Assembly: GCA_951406725.2 (NCBI GenBank)
Contig: OX597827.1
Span: forward strand, 2,976,001-3,040,000
Length of the DNA: 64,000 bases
Origin: Octopus vulgaris
Taxonomy: Eukaryota
Reading direction: 5' to 3'
A model generated the notes under the pieces. That model worked only from the letters and a program-made list of their open reading frames with translations, did not search any database and had not been told where the DNA came from. Positions 1 through 12,938 of the stretch are shown piece after piece. The translations under genes were made by a program, and so were the position numbers. Within the stretch, counting starts at the first letter, position 1. Each line of letters begins with the position of its first letter.

Positions 1-410
1 GTCTGTAGTTGAATTTGATTAATTCAGAGTTTCAATTTTACTTGTCCTTTGTCTAAGAGTAAAGACCAGAGAAAAAGTTCAGAATAGATTTAGTTTTGGG
101 GTTTGTGCCAGAAGGATGTGTAATTATAGATGACATATCTCTAGTTAGGCAATTGCTAAAAAGGTTATTAACTAAGAATTGCTAATGTAACATAAAAACC
201 TTGACCAACAGATAAGCTTCCAGCAGATAAATGACCGAGAGCCAACTTTGACCGATAGCTTTATATTGGTTTTGCAGTGGGTTTCAAAAGTATTCCAGTA
301 TTACTCTGTCAAATGTTAGGCTTACTTATTCATACTGTTTTGAACTAAGCATGCATCATCGCATAGCTTTGAGATTCTGATGATGTAATTGTATATTTTT
401 GTTTAAATAA

Positions 411-710
411 CAGAATGAACCCAGAACTAAATACCTTAATCACATAGCCATACTTGTGCTCATGGATATGCTTATGACCAGATATTATAACCTCATAGTT
501 TTGAGTTCAAACCAAATACTGGCATTTTATTGAATACTTGAGCAATACAATTAATTCTCAGTGTCACATACAAATTAACACTGGAAATAGCTAAGCCACA
601 TATCTTGTCTCTTGTAATAGGAGAAGGTCAGTTATCTCTTGTATCCATCTAAAGTGATGAACACCAGAACTAAACACTGACCCTTCTCTGGTCAGTTTCA
701 TTATATTGTT
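411..710 (+). repeat. 300-bp direct repeat, copy 1 (inserted copy)
   Basis: Appears identical to 4308-4607 (offset 3897); interrupts a MITE. Confidence 0.92.
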
Positions 711-2099
711 ATTTAGGTAGGTGTGAGAGGCTGGATCTGACCAGTTTGGACATGAAAGAGGTAGAATATTTAGGTCTGATAAGTTTGGTTTAAATGCTAA
801 AGGGTTCATAAAAACATTACCTTTTTCATAATTAACTGGTGCTTGGAGCACATCAAAAACACTTTACATTAAATTATGATGAAATGTTTTAAATTAAAAT
901 ATGAATATATTGAAATAAGAGAATTTATATGATACAGTCAGCTAGAGGCAGTTTCAGGTAAGTAGGTTCTCAGAAAATGTTAAGACAGTAGAGTAGGAAG
1001 TGATTTGATTGGTTGTTGGTTTAGAAGTACTGAACAGGTGTAGTGTTATAGTCTGTGTGGATAACGTTTGTGTGGAAAACATATATAGAAGAAATACTCT
1101 GAACATTTAATAGCTAAGTGTCCCTTTTTCACTGAACAGTGTTTTTAAATGCCCCCAACACCATGTTTTGAAAAACAAAGCAGAAAAAATAATGCCGATT
1201 CTATCAATGAAATAACAGCTAATTTGGAGCAATGGCTTTGTAATCCATGTTGTTTCGAAGGTGAAAAGTAAAGTCAACCATTTCTAAATATGCACACACA
1301 CGTGCGTGTACACACACACACACACACACACACGATGATAGATAGATTGTAGATTCACAATGAAGTAAATTGCAATTAAATGAAGAGGGCACTCAATAAT
1401 AAAAGTATCTTCTCCTGATTTCTGATCAGTTGGATGCATTCAACACTAAGCTTTAAGTCATGTGGAGCTGAATAAAACTTATTAATATATATATTTATAT
1501 ATTGTTGACAGCATAAGAACTTGGAAACTTTGAGGAGAGAGGCCATCCATACATACAGGCATATTCTTTATAGCCATAACTCTGCAACCCCAATTCTTCT
1601 CTCAGCTGAGAGGTCCTTGTCTTGTGAGCTCACGAGTGCTGTTGCCTTGTAAAAAGTGCCGTTTTAGGTGTTACACCAAAAGCACCTGTGTTGGTGACAC
1701 ATAAAAGGCACCTGTACTGGTGTCATGTAACAGCCCTGGTGCTGGTCCCATATAAAATGCACCTGGTATACTCTGTGGAGTGGTTGGTGTTAGGAAGGGC
1801 ATCCAGCCATAGAAACTATGCCAGGACAGGCAGTTGAAGCCTGGTGCAGCTCTCTGGATGGGAAACGATCAAACGGTCCAATCCATGCCAGCATCGGAAA
1901 CAGATGTTCAATGATGATAAGGAAGTCAATGATTAGCAAGTGATGTTCATTATCAACTGGAATTATTCATTGTTGAAACCAACGGAGATGCATTTGTTAT
2001 ACTTACATATACATACATACATGTGTGTGTGTATGTGTGCATGTGTATATGAGCGCATGTATATGAGCGTATGTATATGCGTGTGCATGTATGTATATG

Positions 2100-2266
2100 T
2101 GTATGTGCATATACATATGTATGTATAGGTATATATGTGTGTGTGTATGCATTGAAACTTTTTCTGTCTTCTATATCACACACACACACATATACACACA
2201 CATACACACACACACACACACACATGAAAATATAGATGCATGTATATGATGCATTGACATTCTATA

Positions 2267-2302
<36 letters not shown>

Positions 2303-2478
2303 ATGTATGTATGTGTATGCATAGGTATATACATATGTGTGTGTGTGTGTGTATGCATGCATTAAAACTTTTTCTATCTTCTATATCACACACACACAGA
2401 CACACAAACAAACACACACACACACACACACATGAAAGTGTAGACGCATGTATACGATGCATTGACATTGTATAATAT
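2100..2478 (+). repeat. Tandem duplication (~210-bp unit) containing (TG)n/(CA)n
   Basis: GCATT(G/A)AAACTTTTTCT..CTTCTATATCAC and GATGCATTGACATT each occur twice. Confidence 0.8.
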
Positions 2479-2714
2479 TAGCCACCCTGGAAGCCGAAGC
2501 AGGGTGGAAACTTCTCCTTACATGCTATACGGCTGAAACTGTATTGAGTGAGCCTGGCACATAGGAAATATCAAACTGCTGATTGACCTTAGTGGAGACA
2601 AAGTGTCCACCAATAGGGTATTAATATCACAGCAGGCGATGAATTTGTGCATCCATCAAGTGTGATTGAGGCGAAAGCTATCCAGACATCGCAGCATCTG
2701 TAAGCGCTGTCTCA

Positions 2715-2751
<37 letters not shown>

Positions 2752-3607
2752 TGTGTGTGTGTGTAAGTTAATGAAGCTGCCTTTGCTGTTGGACACAAAC
2801 ACACATACACACAAAACACATGCAGATGCACACACACACACACACACACACAAAACACATACACATGCATACACACACACACACAAAACACATACATATG
2901 CACACACACACAAAACACATGCATATGCACACACACACACAAAACACATGCCATATGCACACACACACAAAACACACATGCATATGCACATACAAATACA
3001 CACACATGCAATGTAGTCCCTATCATATCTTAATTCATCAGAGAAGCACAGTTGAAGGCTGTGCTTTGTTACATCATTCTATGTCATTATCACATTTACA
3101 TTATAGGCTCATGAATGCAAGTATGTATACACACGCACACACACAAACACACACACACGCACACAGACTTACACATAGACTTACACAAGTATTCATGTAT
3201 GTGTATGAGTATCTTATAGATACCTATATGTGTGTGTTTATAAATATCTTTTTTTAGCGGGCAAGTATGTATACACACGCACACACACAAACACACACAC
3301 ACGCACACACACGCACACAGACATTCTACATTTGTGTGTGTGTGTGTGTGTGTGTGTGCATGTATATCCAAATTTAGGAAATGGAGCAGGTAAAATCCAG
3401 GCTACATATGTTTCCTAGCTAGCAGAACCTCAGAAGTAATAATTACTCGATAAGGGGTACCCTGCTAGCTGCTCATCAGGCTGATGTTAGATGGATAAAT
3501 GAAAGTTACTTTGCCAGCAAGGGATCCCCAGACTGCTTGAAGCTTATTAAGTTCCTACACCTGGATTCTATAATTACATATCATTATATAATACACATCA
3601 TTATGAC

Positions 3608-3658
<51 letters not shown>

Positions 3659-4307
3659 CATACACGCACACATGGAGGAATTGATATTAAAATGGTACAA
3701 TACACAGTGTCTCTCTCTTCATTTCTCTCTTTCACACACACACTCACACAGACACACACACACACATACACACACGCGTATACAATAGACCAGTCCCTCT
3801 AGCAGAGATGGCTTCTGTAAAACATTCTCCAAGGTGAACAAAGTTGTTTTCAGAGGAAAAGAGGCTATGAGTTTCTCCACACATACACTGACATTTTTGA
3901 GAGAGAAGACTCTGTCATCAAATATTCACAGGCCCCTCCTTTGTTCTTCAGATCCTAGACTGATGAACCAACCAACCAACCAACCAGGTAATCTCTCTTT
4001 CACCCCTACCTCTTATAAGTCTTGACCATTGTGAGATGTTAAAAAGACCAAGTTGTAATGGTCAAGTATATTTCACTTCAGAATTGATGAAGGGCAATGA
4101 ATGCTCAAAATATTAACTTTCTTCCTTCTACCACAGTGGCAAACTGATGGTAATAAATCTGGTGAGAGATTAAGCCTGCTCTCTTTGAACATAAACATTT
4201 TCTATCCTGACATGTTCTCACCCAGACAAGCTTCCACACAGTTTTCCATCTGCCAAACCTCAACTTGAGACTACATCAAATGACACTTGCCCAAGTTGCC
4301 TTACTGT

Positions 4308-4607
4308 CAGAATGAACCCAGAACTAAATACCTTAATCACATAGCCATACTTGTGCTCATGGATATGCTTATGACCAGATATTATAACCTCATAGTTTTG
4401 AGTTCAAACCAAATACTGGCATTTTATTGAATACTTGAGCAATACAATTAATTCTCAGTGTCACATACAAATTAACACTGGAAATAGCTAAGCCACATAT
4501 CTTGTCTCTTGTAATAGGAGAAGGTCAGTTATCTCTTGTATCCATCTAAAGTGATGAACACCAGAACTAAACACTGACCCTTCTCTGGTCAGTTTCATTA
4601 TATTGTT
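4308..4607 (+). repeat. 300-bp direct repeat, copy 2 (donor copy)
   Basis: Continuous with the SINE remnant on its left (GACACTTGCCCAAG..GAACCCAGAAC). Confidence 0.92.
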
Positions 4608-4657
4608 TTAAAGAAGATGGGTCATTTCCCACTGATCAGTTCATCTAGGATCTGGTT

Positions 4658-4857
4658 TCATTTCCACTTGAAGCTAATTCTCTTTTTTTTTGATTTTGGT
4701 AATGTCCTACCAAGAAGATGTGAATGTTTTTCCAGGATCTGAGGACATGCACTTTTATCAGAAATCAAATTAGGGGCCAAACTGGAAACTCCTTTGTAAT
4801 TATTTGACCTACTAGAAATAGGAGCTAAATACCTCACAGACCACACTAGAGTGTGGT
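4658..4857 (-). CDS. Candidate terminal coding exon of the protocadherin
   Basis: Pyrimidine tract, then CAG at 4860-4858. Phase 1 matches the 9762 donor and gives an open 66-codon frame (DHTLVWSVRYLAP...KRISFKWK*). No recognisable motif, so weak. Confidence 0.3.
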
Positions 4858-6928
4858 CTGAGTCATTGAAGAGAAAAAGAAAAACATATTGAGTAGATTA
4901 AGTCTGAATGAAAGTTGAGATTATCATGATTGGAATGTCTGCTTAATCAATAAAATTAAAATCCTCGACCTGGTTAAACACATACAAACAAAACCATAAA
5001 AAGAGCTAGTGAGGGAGCTTCTACATGGGCACAAAATTTGCTAGAAATATCAGTTGAATCAGATTATACAACAATTTTAAGCAACCCCCCCCCCCCAAAA
5101 AAAAAACCCCAAATACTATGCATTCAATATGTTATGTCAGACAAAAAGAAGGGTTGGTTATGGTTTGAAAATAGTTGATCTTAGGTCTGCTTAAACAGCA
5201 ACATGGTTTAAATTTTTTAAGTCCTTAACTTGGTTTTAGGCAGTTCACGATATTTACATTGCCAGTGCACTTTGAAATGGTCTGATTCACCTAGAATCTC
5301 AATTCTCCTACATCTATCCACTTTATAAGGACTCCTTAGAAAGTGGCTCCACCTAGTAAGAAATTTTTAACCTAAGTAGGAAATGCTTAGAGATCTCTTA
5401 AAAGCAAATGGTTCCATCCACCTTACAATAAGCCATTTAGCTTAGCCTAAGAAATGTGTAGGAGCAGGGCTGTGCTGTCTTCAGACATGAGTATACCAAA
5501 CAGTTGTTCAGGATCTTCACCCTGCCCACCAGTGGTACTCTATGTCTGTTAGGACCTGCTGTCAATAAACAAACAAATGAATACTATAGGTTCCCACTGG
5601 ATGTCTTTGCATAGAGAGGTGTCGCAATCATGTTAAGATGGCCTTGGCGTAGGGTTATTTGTGTGAGTGGCTTAAAGGAAATAGTAGAAAATTAGAGCTG
5701 ACAAAGAAGAATTTCTTAAAATATGCGATTAGTGTTTTGGCAGGAATATATTCTGGTGAGTGAGTAAATGGTAAGAGATCCATGGAATGAAGGAAAATTT
5801 TCATTTGGAATTCAAACTCTCACACCCGTACACATGCACGCACACACACACACACTCATGCATATACACACTCACACACAGACACAAGCATATGCGGTCA
5901 TTCACTTTTTACACACACATGCGCATTTGCAACGCTTCATGCACGCACGTAAAGGTAAGCGGATGAGTGGGGAGATGAATATTAGTACACAAGTTGCACT
6001 GAATAGTTTCAGCTAGAGTTAAGAGTACAAAGTACAAATTAACAAGTACAGAATAAAGTAGAATCCATTGTAGCAGTTGTTAAAAAGGGGGGAAAAAGAT
6101 AAAAGCATAAAGTATTAACCGGGAACCAAGATCTGAATATGTTCTGTTCAAAAAAAAAAAAAAAAAAATGGTCCGTTGATCAGGATAATATACTCGTTTT
6201 TTTAGTGTGTTTTTTTGTGGGTTTTTTCTCTTTTTTTTGTTAACTTTTTTGTTCTCCATTTTTGTTGATTTTTTTTTTGTTTTTTTTCTTTGTCTTTTCT
6301 TTTGGAATTCACTTCTAATCTTTCATCAGTGAAATGGGGAGCAAAAACATCTGATAAAAAGTCTGCTACCAGACTGGAATTTTATCAAACACTTATGTTT
6401 GTATTTCAAAGTCAATTGCTTTTGCTACCACTGCTGCTGCTGCTGCTGTTATTGTTGTTGCTGTTACTGTTGTTGTTGTTGTTATTGAGTAGCTTTTTTA
6501 TTTTTTCTCCCAACACCCACCCAACCCACTGAATCCCCCCCCCCCAAATGCATAGCTTCCTTCTTCCTATGCATTGATCAATAGCACAGAGGTTAGTAAC
6601 CGATTTTTAAGAAATTCTTCAACCACTGAAAACTAGCCACAGTCATTCTGTCTTCATTGTGGAAAAATGCTTGTTTTAAGATTTCGAATGAATGGAGTGG
6701 GGGACTTCCTTTGCGTTTCTTTTTTGTTTTTTTTTTTGTTTTATTTTGATTTTAAGGAAGGAAAGAAGTTTATTGAGGGACATATTTGTTTGTTGTGATG
6801 TGTAAGAGAGAGAGAAGCACAAAGACAGGGAAGCAAAGTGTGGGATAAACACCTGTGCGCACACACACACACATACACATACACCCGGAGTGAGATTCAC
6901 ACACAAAAGAATGAGAGAGAGAAAGAGG

Positions 6929-6974
<46 letters not shown>

Positions 6975-7477
6975 AAGTGAGGGCGAGACACACACAGAGA
7001 AGAGAGAAAGAAAAAATGAAAGGGAGAGAGATGTATACTTACAAAGAGAGAGAGAGAGAGAGAGATATACAAAGAGCGTCATTAAACCGAGATGGACATA
7101 TGCGCCAAGCAAAAAAAATTGATGTAAGAAGGTGTTAATGAAAGTGGAAGAGGAAGACTTCACGATGAAGAGCTGAGGAGAGAGACTTGTGAATGTGTAG
7201 GGTGGAAGATAATAAGAGATAAGATGAGGTGGGATATGAAACAATTGAACATATCAAAAATTGTAGACCTATCTAACCCACTAATAATATCGAAATGATA
7301 AACTTTTTAAAGAGTTGATGGTAGTTATGGCTATAATGCCAACAATTTCAAGGCAAGAGGCAAGTCAGTTATATTAACTATAGTTTTTCATTGAGTATCA
7401 GTTGAACTCTGGGGTCAAGAAAAATAGACTTTTACCATCCCCTGCAATTGCTGGCTTTGTACCAAAATTTGAAACAA

Positions 7478-7530
<53 letters not shown>

Positions 7531-8331
7531 CCTAATAATCAGTCAGTACCTATTCTATAACTCTGAAAGGGTGAAAGGCAAAATTGGCCTTGGCAGAATT
7601 TGAACTCAGAATGTATATCAAAGGACAAAATGCCACTATTCATTTCGGCCAGCATGGTAATGATTCTGCTAGTTCACTGCCTTAACAGAGATAAATATAG
7701 TTTTCTAACATAGACCCCAAAGTCTCAGATTAAATCAGCATACCCGCCCCATACCCCCACTACTTTACTGATACTTTACTTCATTGACCCTGATGGGATT
7801 GGAAGGCAAAGTTGATCTTGGTTGAAACTTGAACTCAGAATTTTACGGGTCATGAATAAATGCTACAAAGGTATTTTCTCCAATTCTGATGTTCCTGACA
7901 AATATCACTGACGGAAATGCCATCCCCATCACTACCATGATTAATGCTGCCAGTGTCATTATCACCAATATTGCTATCATCAATACAGTTCTATATTTAA
8001 GAGACGAGGAATTATGTACATTATTTACATTCGACGGATATTTGTCCTCATCTTGTTTGTTGTTAACAACAAACAAGATGAAGACAAATATCCATCAAGT
8101 GTAAAGAATGTACTATTTTATTTTATTTTATTTTATTTTATTTTAGCTAGTTTAAGATCATGAGCTGTGGCCATGCTGGGGCACCATTTTTATATAAATT
8201 TTTGATATGATGTCATGGGTTGGATAGGTCTGTAGTGTGGTACATTACCGATGTTTTGGAAATAGAGAGTGTGTGGCTTTTGTCTGAGAACAACGTCTCC
8301 TTCATATACACTCATATTCACTCTTTCTCTT

Positions 8332-8362
<31 letters not shown>

Positions 8363-9762
8363 GTCACACAGACACACAGACAATTACGACAACAAAGAAA
8401 GAATGACCATGGCTAGAGACACATCGTAGTAAAACACTTTGCTGTTTATTCTATATAACTTTGCTAAAACAGCTCAGTCTACTCAAGCTACCAACATCAC
8501 CACCACCACCACCACCAGAACAACAACAACAACAGAAACAACAACAATCACAACAATAACAACAACTAGAATTTCAGGAAAAAAAAAATATTACCAAATT
8601 CAACTCTTCTCATGAAAGTTGCTAATCTGATGATGTTATCAAATGGACGATAAGGATGAAGGGGGGGATGGGTGGGCGAACAATATTGTCCATTCTCAGT
8701 GAGAAAACTGGTTTAAGATTAGTGTAAATAGAGAGGACCAAGGGAGGTAACTTCAGTCTTGATGTGAATCTGTTTTAAAACACAGGTAATATGAAACGTT
8801 CTGTCTCCTCGGGGTTTTTCATTGTATAATCCAGTGTGTGGGGTGGAAGTGCTTGAGTCCAAATATGTGTGTGTATGTGTCTGTGTGTGTGTGTGTGCGT
8901 GGGTGGAAGTCCTTGAGCGTTCATACTATGTTCGTGTATGAATCTGTTTAAGTGAGTAAAAATGAGTTCAGAATTTTTTTTTTTATATGTGTATGTGTAA
9001 CAATACTTGAGTCCATACATATATATGTGTGTGTGTGCGTGTGTTTGTGGCGATGTATGTATGTGTGTGTGTATGTGCATGTGTCCATGAAACTGGATGA
9101 TATTTTTCAGAATTTCACGTGACATGGCAACAATTTTGAAAAGAAAAAAATGTGATGAGTATCATTTATAAATATATTTTTTATTTTGTTTTGAGGAAAT
9201 TAACCCCAAATTTCCCACTTTTGCTCTGCATCTTTCTCTTGCACCAACACACACACACACACACATGCACTCGCACTTCTATAATATATATATACACTCA
9301 CACATTCATATAAGCATACTTAAATCTGATGCACAACTATACACACAAACATGCATCTATATATATATATATACATATATATATACATACACAGGTATAT
9401 ACAATAATATATATATATCCTATACATGTATATATACACACATACACACACAATCACCAAATACACAGTTATTTTCTCTCTTTTTTGTCTGTTATTTCAT
9501 CACACACACACACTCTCACACACACACACTCACATACTCACACATATAAAGATATACTTTGCAAGTTCTTATTCAATGCAGACACACAGACACGCAAAAA
9601 ATAGCACCTTTTCAATGACAAGTTCAATGAGGACTTTTCTTTCCCCATTTTTTTTCTTTTCTTTGTGATTTATTATTATTATTTTTTTTTTTTTCTTAAC
9701 TGGAAATAATTCATTAAGAAGTTCAACGAGGGATGGAACGACTTAATTGATACGGAATATAC

Positions 9763-9928
9763 CTGGGAGAGTTTCATAATGCCTACTGCCAGACTCACTC
9801 CAGCTGGTTTCGCTGCCTTCCAGGGAAGACAAAGTTGAAATTGTGTTCAGTTGTTCAGGGGAGATAACCATGCGTTTTTCCTTATTAACTGCAGTCTGCC
9901 AGATTGGATGAGGATGGTCATTCATGGA
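9763..9928 (-). CDS. Pcdh: Protocadherin cytoplasmic exon (start 9928 if the AA site is used, 9895 if the first CAG is used)
   Basis: Non-repetitive open frame SMNDHPHPIWQTAVNKEKRMVISPEQLNTISTLSSLEGSETSWSESGSRHYETLPG behind a ~30-nt pyrimidine tract. Both starts are phase 0 and match the large-exon donors. The Ser-rich 'WSE..HYE.LPG' end resembles cephalopod Pcdh tails as I recall them. Donor CCAG|GTATAT at 9762; otherwise it reads through to TAA at 9743-9745 with AATAAA at 9669-9674. Confidence 0.75.
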
Positions 9929-10227
9929 TTGGAAATAAAAAGAGAAGAAAAAGAAAAACAAAAATAATTAGTGGATGAATTATGTTGATATCATAGTAAA
10001 ATTGTTTGTGTGTATGTACGTATAAAAACGCACACACAAACATAAATCATTTGAGAAAAATTTGGTAACTGTATCTCTCAACTTGGGAGAGGCTCTTACA
10101 TGAATAATATGTGTGTGTGCTCACAATGAAATGGTTAACAGTGAATTCGAAGTTTAAGTTGAAATTTTGAATTCACAATTCTAAGGCAGTTACTTACGAA
10201 TTATAAGTAAGTTAGTGTCAATTTATT

Positions 10228-10646
10228 GGATCTTTTCGGGTTGAACGGCAGTTTTTAACATAATTTCTAGGTAACTAAAAAATTTTAAACTTCGTATACT
10301 GGTAGAATGTGTTTATAAAACATCTTTTTCTCTTGGCTTTAATGGAGAAAATTCTATAGTTTGTAAGATATTTGTTGGGTATTTTTTCTTCAATTTCTGC
10401 AATTTCAACTAATCACTGACGTCTATTGAGGTAAAAAACATTCTGTGCCGTATGAATATGTCCCTTGTTTAAGAAACAGATTGGGTTTATTTACATTTGT
10501 GAAGAAAAAAACATACCCTTCCTCCACCCCTAACCCTAACCCTAAAACAGATTGAAATGCAATATATCGATACAAGGGTCATAATTATGGGTGACAATTT
10601 CATATGACACCACTAGAAAAAACTGCCGTTCAAACCGAAAAGATCC
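10228..10646. mobile_element. MITE with ~29-bp terminal inverted repeats
   Basis: GGATCTTTTCGGGTTGAACGGCAGTTTTT ... AAAAACTGCCGTTCAAACCGAAAAGATCC (1 mismatch); non-coding interior. Confidence 0.85.
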
Positions 10647-11335
10647 GAGATTTATTGAACATAATATTTTAAGCCACGAAGGCAGCAAGCTAGCAGAATA
10701 GTTACCACTTCTGGCAAAATGCTTAGCGGCATATCGTCCGTCTTCGTTTTTCTGAGATCAAATTCCAGCCAAGTTGACTTTATCTTTCATCCTTTCGAGG
10801 TCAATATAATAAGTTCAGGTTGAGTACTAGACTCGATGTAATCAACTTACATCCGAAACTGCTGACATTTTACCAACATTTGAAGCCAATATATAAAGCA
10901 TTCTCACATAAGGGCCAAAGGAGATTTTTGAGGCATTTTAGGTGGGTGAATATATGTGCCCTTTATTTCATCAATTACAGTAGTTAATTGAATATATGGA
11001 ATGTAAAATCTAAGCAAGACACTAGATTTTGGCCACCTTCGCAAATTCTTGAAATTGGTAGAATATTAGAAAGACAATAGCAGTTCATTAGAGTTACTTC
11101 CCTTATATGACATTTTACAGTATTACCACTACAAGAGGGAGTTTTGTTTTAGTACTGTGGAGAAAATCTATCCAAGATGCACTTCTTTTTTTTTAAAACT
11201 CACTACGTTACATGTGTGAGACCCTACAATACTAGAAAACCACGTTAGACATAATAAACACCAATTTCATATTGAAGTATATTCTTAGACTGGCCTTTAC
11301 AAAAACAAATATGCCAGTACAAAAATTATATGTAT

Positions 11336-11562
11336 ATTTCTTTACTACCCACAAGGGGCTAAACATAGAGGAGACAAACAAGGACAGACAAACGGATTAA
11401 GTCGATTACATCGACCCCAGTGCGAAACTGGTACTTTATTTATCGACCCCAAAAGGACGAAAGGCAAAGTCGACCTCGGAGGAATTTGAACTCAGAACGT
11501 AGCGACAGACGAAATGTCGCTAAGCATTTCGCCCGGAGTGCTAATGTGTCTGCCAGCTCGCC
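11336..11562 (-). mobile_element. SINE family A, full length (older or partial copies near 7550-7840, 10680-10860, 17220-17410, 38000-38150, 39805-39960, 47150-47790, 52380-52590)
   Basis: Reverse complement of the family A sequence. Confidence 0.85.
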
Positions 11563-12135
11563 GAAGCGCTCAAATGTATGCATGGGAATACAACATCTAC
11601 CACAATTATCATAAACAAGAGAGAACAGGTATCATTAAAAATCAAGCAGCGAATTACTTGGTATATGACCGCACAATGCACTAGTGAATAGTGCAAAAAA
11701 GAAAGAAAAAATGGATGGAAATCGCTAGATAGGAGACAGGGAAGATTGTTGAGAGAAGAAATAGCAGTGAGTGTAGATGTCCTATGTATTTACTCCTCTT
11801 TCAATTCTAGATTCCGGACCTCCTGGGAATCAGTTATGTTCCCCTTCATTTTGTAGTTGATAAAAGGAGAAGCCTTCATATAAACAAGGCAAGTGATTCC
11901 AATTCTTCATCCACCCCACGAAAAATTATTCTTTATTTATCTGAAAAGAAGGTAGTCAAAGGGGATAAACGGTTTTGACTAGTCTTCCACTTGTCTCTTC
12001 ACGCTGACAAGTCAGCAAGGGAGAGAACTCTTGCATTTCTTAACATTCCTTCTTAAAACTAATTCTGCCTTAACTTGTGGAAACAGGATTGTATCATCAT
12101 ATATGGTACGATATGCCGTGTGTGTGTGCGTATAT

Positions 12136-12449
12136 TCTTTTACTTGCTTCAGTCATCTGACTGTGGCCTTTGTAAGCCGGGTACTTATTCTATCCGACCC
12201 TTTTTGCCGAACCACTAAGTTACGCGGACGTAATCACACCGACACTAATTGTCAACTGATGGTGGGGGACAAACACACAGACACACACGACAGGCTTCTT
12301 TCAGTTTCCGTCCACCAAATCAACTCACGAGGCTTTGGCTACCTTAGGGTATGGTAGAAGACTCTTGCCCATGGTACCATGCAGTGGGGCTGAACACAGA
12401 ACCATGTGGTTGGGAACGAAGCTTCTTACCACACAGCCACACCTGTACC

Positions 12450-12487
<38 letters not shown>

Positions 12488-12938
12488 TACACACGTGCAT
12501 GTCACATGGTTGCAGATATGGCTGTGTGGTTGGAAGTTTGCTTCCCAGCCACATGGTTCCTGGTTCAGTTCCACTGCATGGGCAAGTGTCTTCTACTATA
12601 GCCTCAGGCTGACCAAAGCATTGTGGCTAGATTTGGCAGACAGAAACTGAAAGAAGCCCGTCATATATATATGTATATATATGTGTCTACTTATGTGTGT
12701 ATGTGTGTGTATGTCTGTGCCTGTGTTTATTTCTCACCACTGCTTGACATTGGTGTTGGCTTATTTACATCTCCATAACTTAGCAGTTCAGCTAAAGCAA
12801 CTGACAGAGTAAATGCGAGGGAAACTGACAGAATAAGTGTCAGGCTTAAAAAAGGTCCTGGGGTTGGTTCATGCGACTGCAATCTCTTGAAGGGCAGGGT
12901 CCCAGCATGGCTGCACTCTGACCGAAACAAGTGAAAAT
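12136..12938. mobile_element. Two family B SINEs head-to-head (12136-12446 minus, 12517-12938 plus)
   Basis: Both heads face a ~70-bp (TA)n/(CA)n spacer. Confidence 0.8.

Noticed and set aside
1940-3788. Many overlapping ORFs rich in CV, HT and YI dipeptides (also throughout the window)
   Set aside because: Translations of (TG)n, (CA)n and (TA)n microsatellites; no domain content.
10528-10545. (CCCTAA)3 as a telomere or telomerase template
   Set aside because: Only three units, internal to a MITE.
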